Shown piece after piece: positions 63,556 through 64,000 of a DNA stretch of 64,000 nt. Below the pieces are notes generated by a model. The model was not told where the DNA came from, made no database searches, and saw only the letters and a program-made list of their open reading frames with translations. The DNA comes from Haliotis rubra (Eukaryota): positions 310,001 to 374,000 of the forward strand of contig NW_025767522.1 in NCBI RefSeq assembly GCF_003918875.1, read 5' to 3'. The stretch's first letter is position 1. Each line of letters begins with the position of its first letter. The position numbers were made by a program, and so were the translations under genes.

Positions 63556-64000
63556 CTGGGGAAAATAAGATGTTATCAACAAAAATGTTCCACAAACACC
63601 ACTATGCATATGTCATACATGATACACAAATACTTCAAAAGAGACAACACCGACGAGAGTTTTGGAGCAATTTCTTTAGCCATAAGGTAAACATCGTCCA
63701 GAGCGCTATTGACTGCGGAGAACTGCACTTCAAAATGTCCTTAAATGAACCTGGTTTCAAGTACTCTTCTTTTGCATAACCACGGACATAACTCAGAACT
63801 GCATCAACTGGGATTTGGTCACTATATCAACATGCAAAATACAAAACAAACAAAACAAAATACCGTTCCCTGTGGTGTAAGACACAACTCAGCCTTCTTT
63901 ATCAGTTGAACTCGTTGCTATTGAGTGAGTGAGTTTAGTTTTACTCCGCTTTTGGCAATATTCCAGCAATATAACGTCGGGGACACCAGAAATGGGCTTC

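Overview
Eukaryotic, repeat-rich DNA with spliced genes, probably from a gastropod mollusc (inferred from the SINE families, TLR type and gene structure; abalone-like, not verified). (1) There is a cluster of at least seven copies of a six-exon failed-axon-connections (FAX/FAXC, metaxin/GST-like) gene: B(-) A(+) C(+) D(-) ... F(-) E(+) G(-). Copy E (53167-60718) splices to an intact 290-aa ORF, and copy A has cleanly lost the symmetric exon 5. B, C, D and F are disrupted; only the last exon of G is in the window. The cluster arose from a direct segmental duplication (1-11520 vs 47697-61761) and a large inverted duplication (11672-19470 vs 21864-27565). (2) A Toll-like receptor gene (minus strand) has a main exon at 31427-34156 and a predicted 15-nt first coding exon at 42973-42987; the 8.8-kb intron between them holds three Tc1/mariner elements and a decayed LINE. 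(3) Mobile elements include three SINE families with related 3' tails, a Penelope element with hammerhead-like motifs in inverted pLTRs, L1/Tx1, L2 and RTE-X-like fragments, several MITEs and a Helentron-type element. The most striking item is a 5'-complete I/Nimb-like LINE at 50596. Its first nucleotide is the G1 of a compact HDV-like ribozyme fold. Directly after it lies a second pseudoknotted RNA fold that recurs, with compensatory base changes, as the head of an abundant SINE family lacking a tRNA head. All exon and structure calls were made by eye; no database search or folding program was run.
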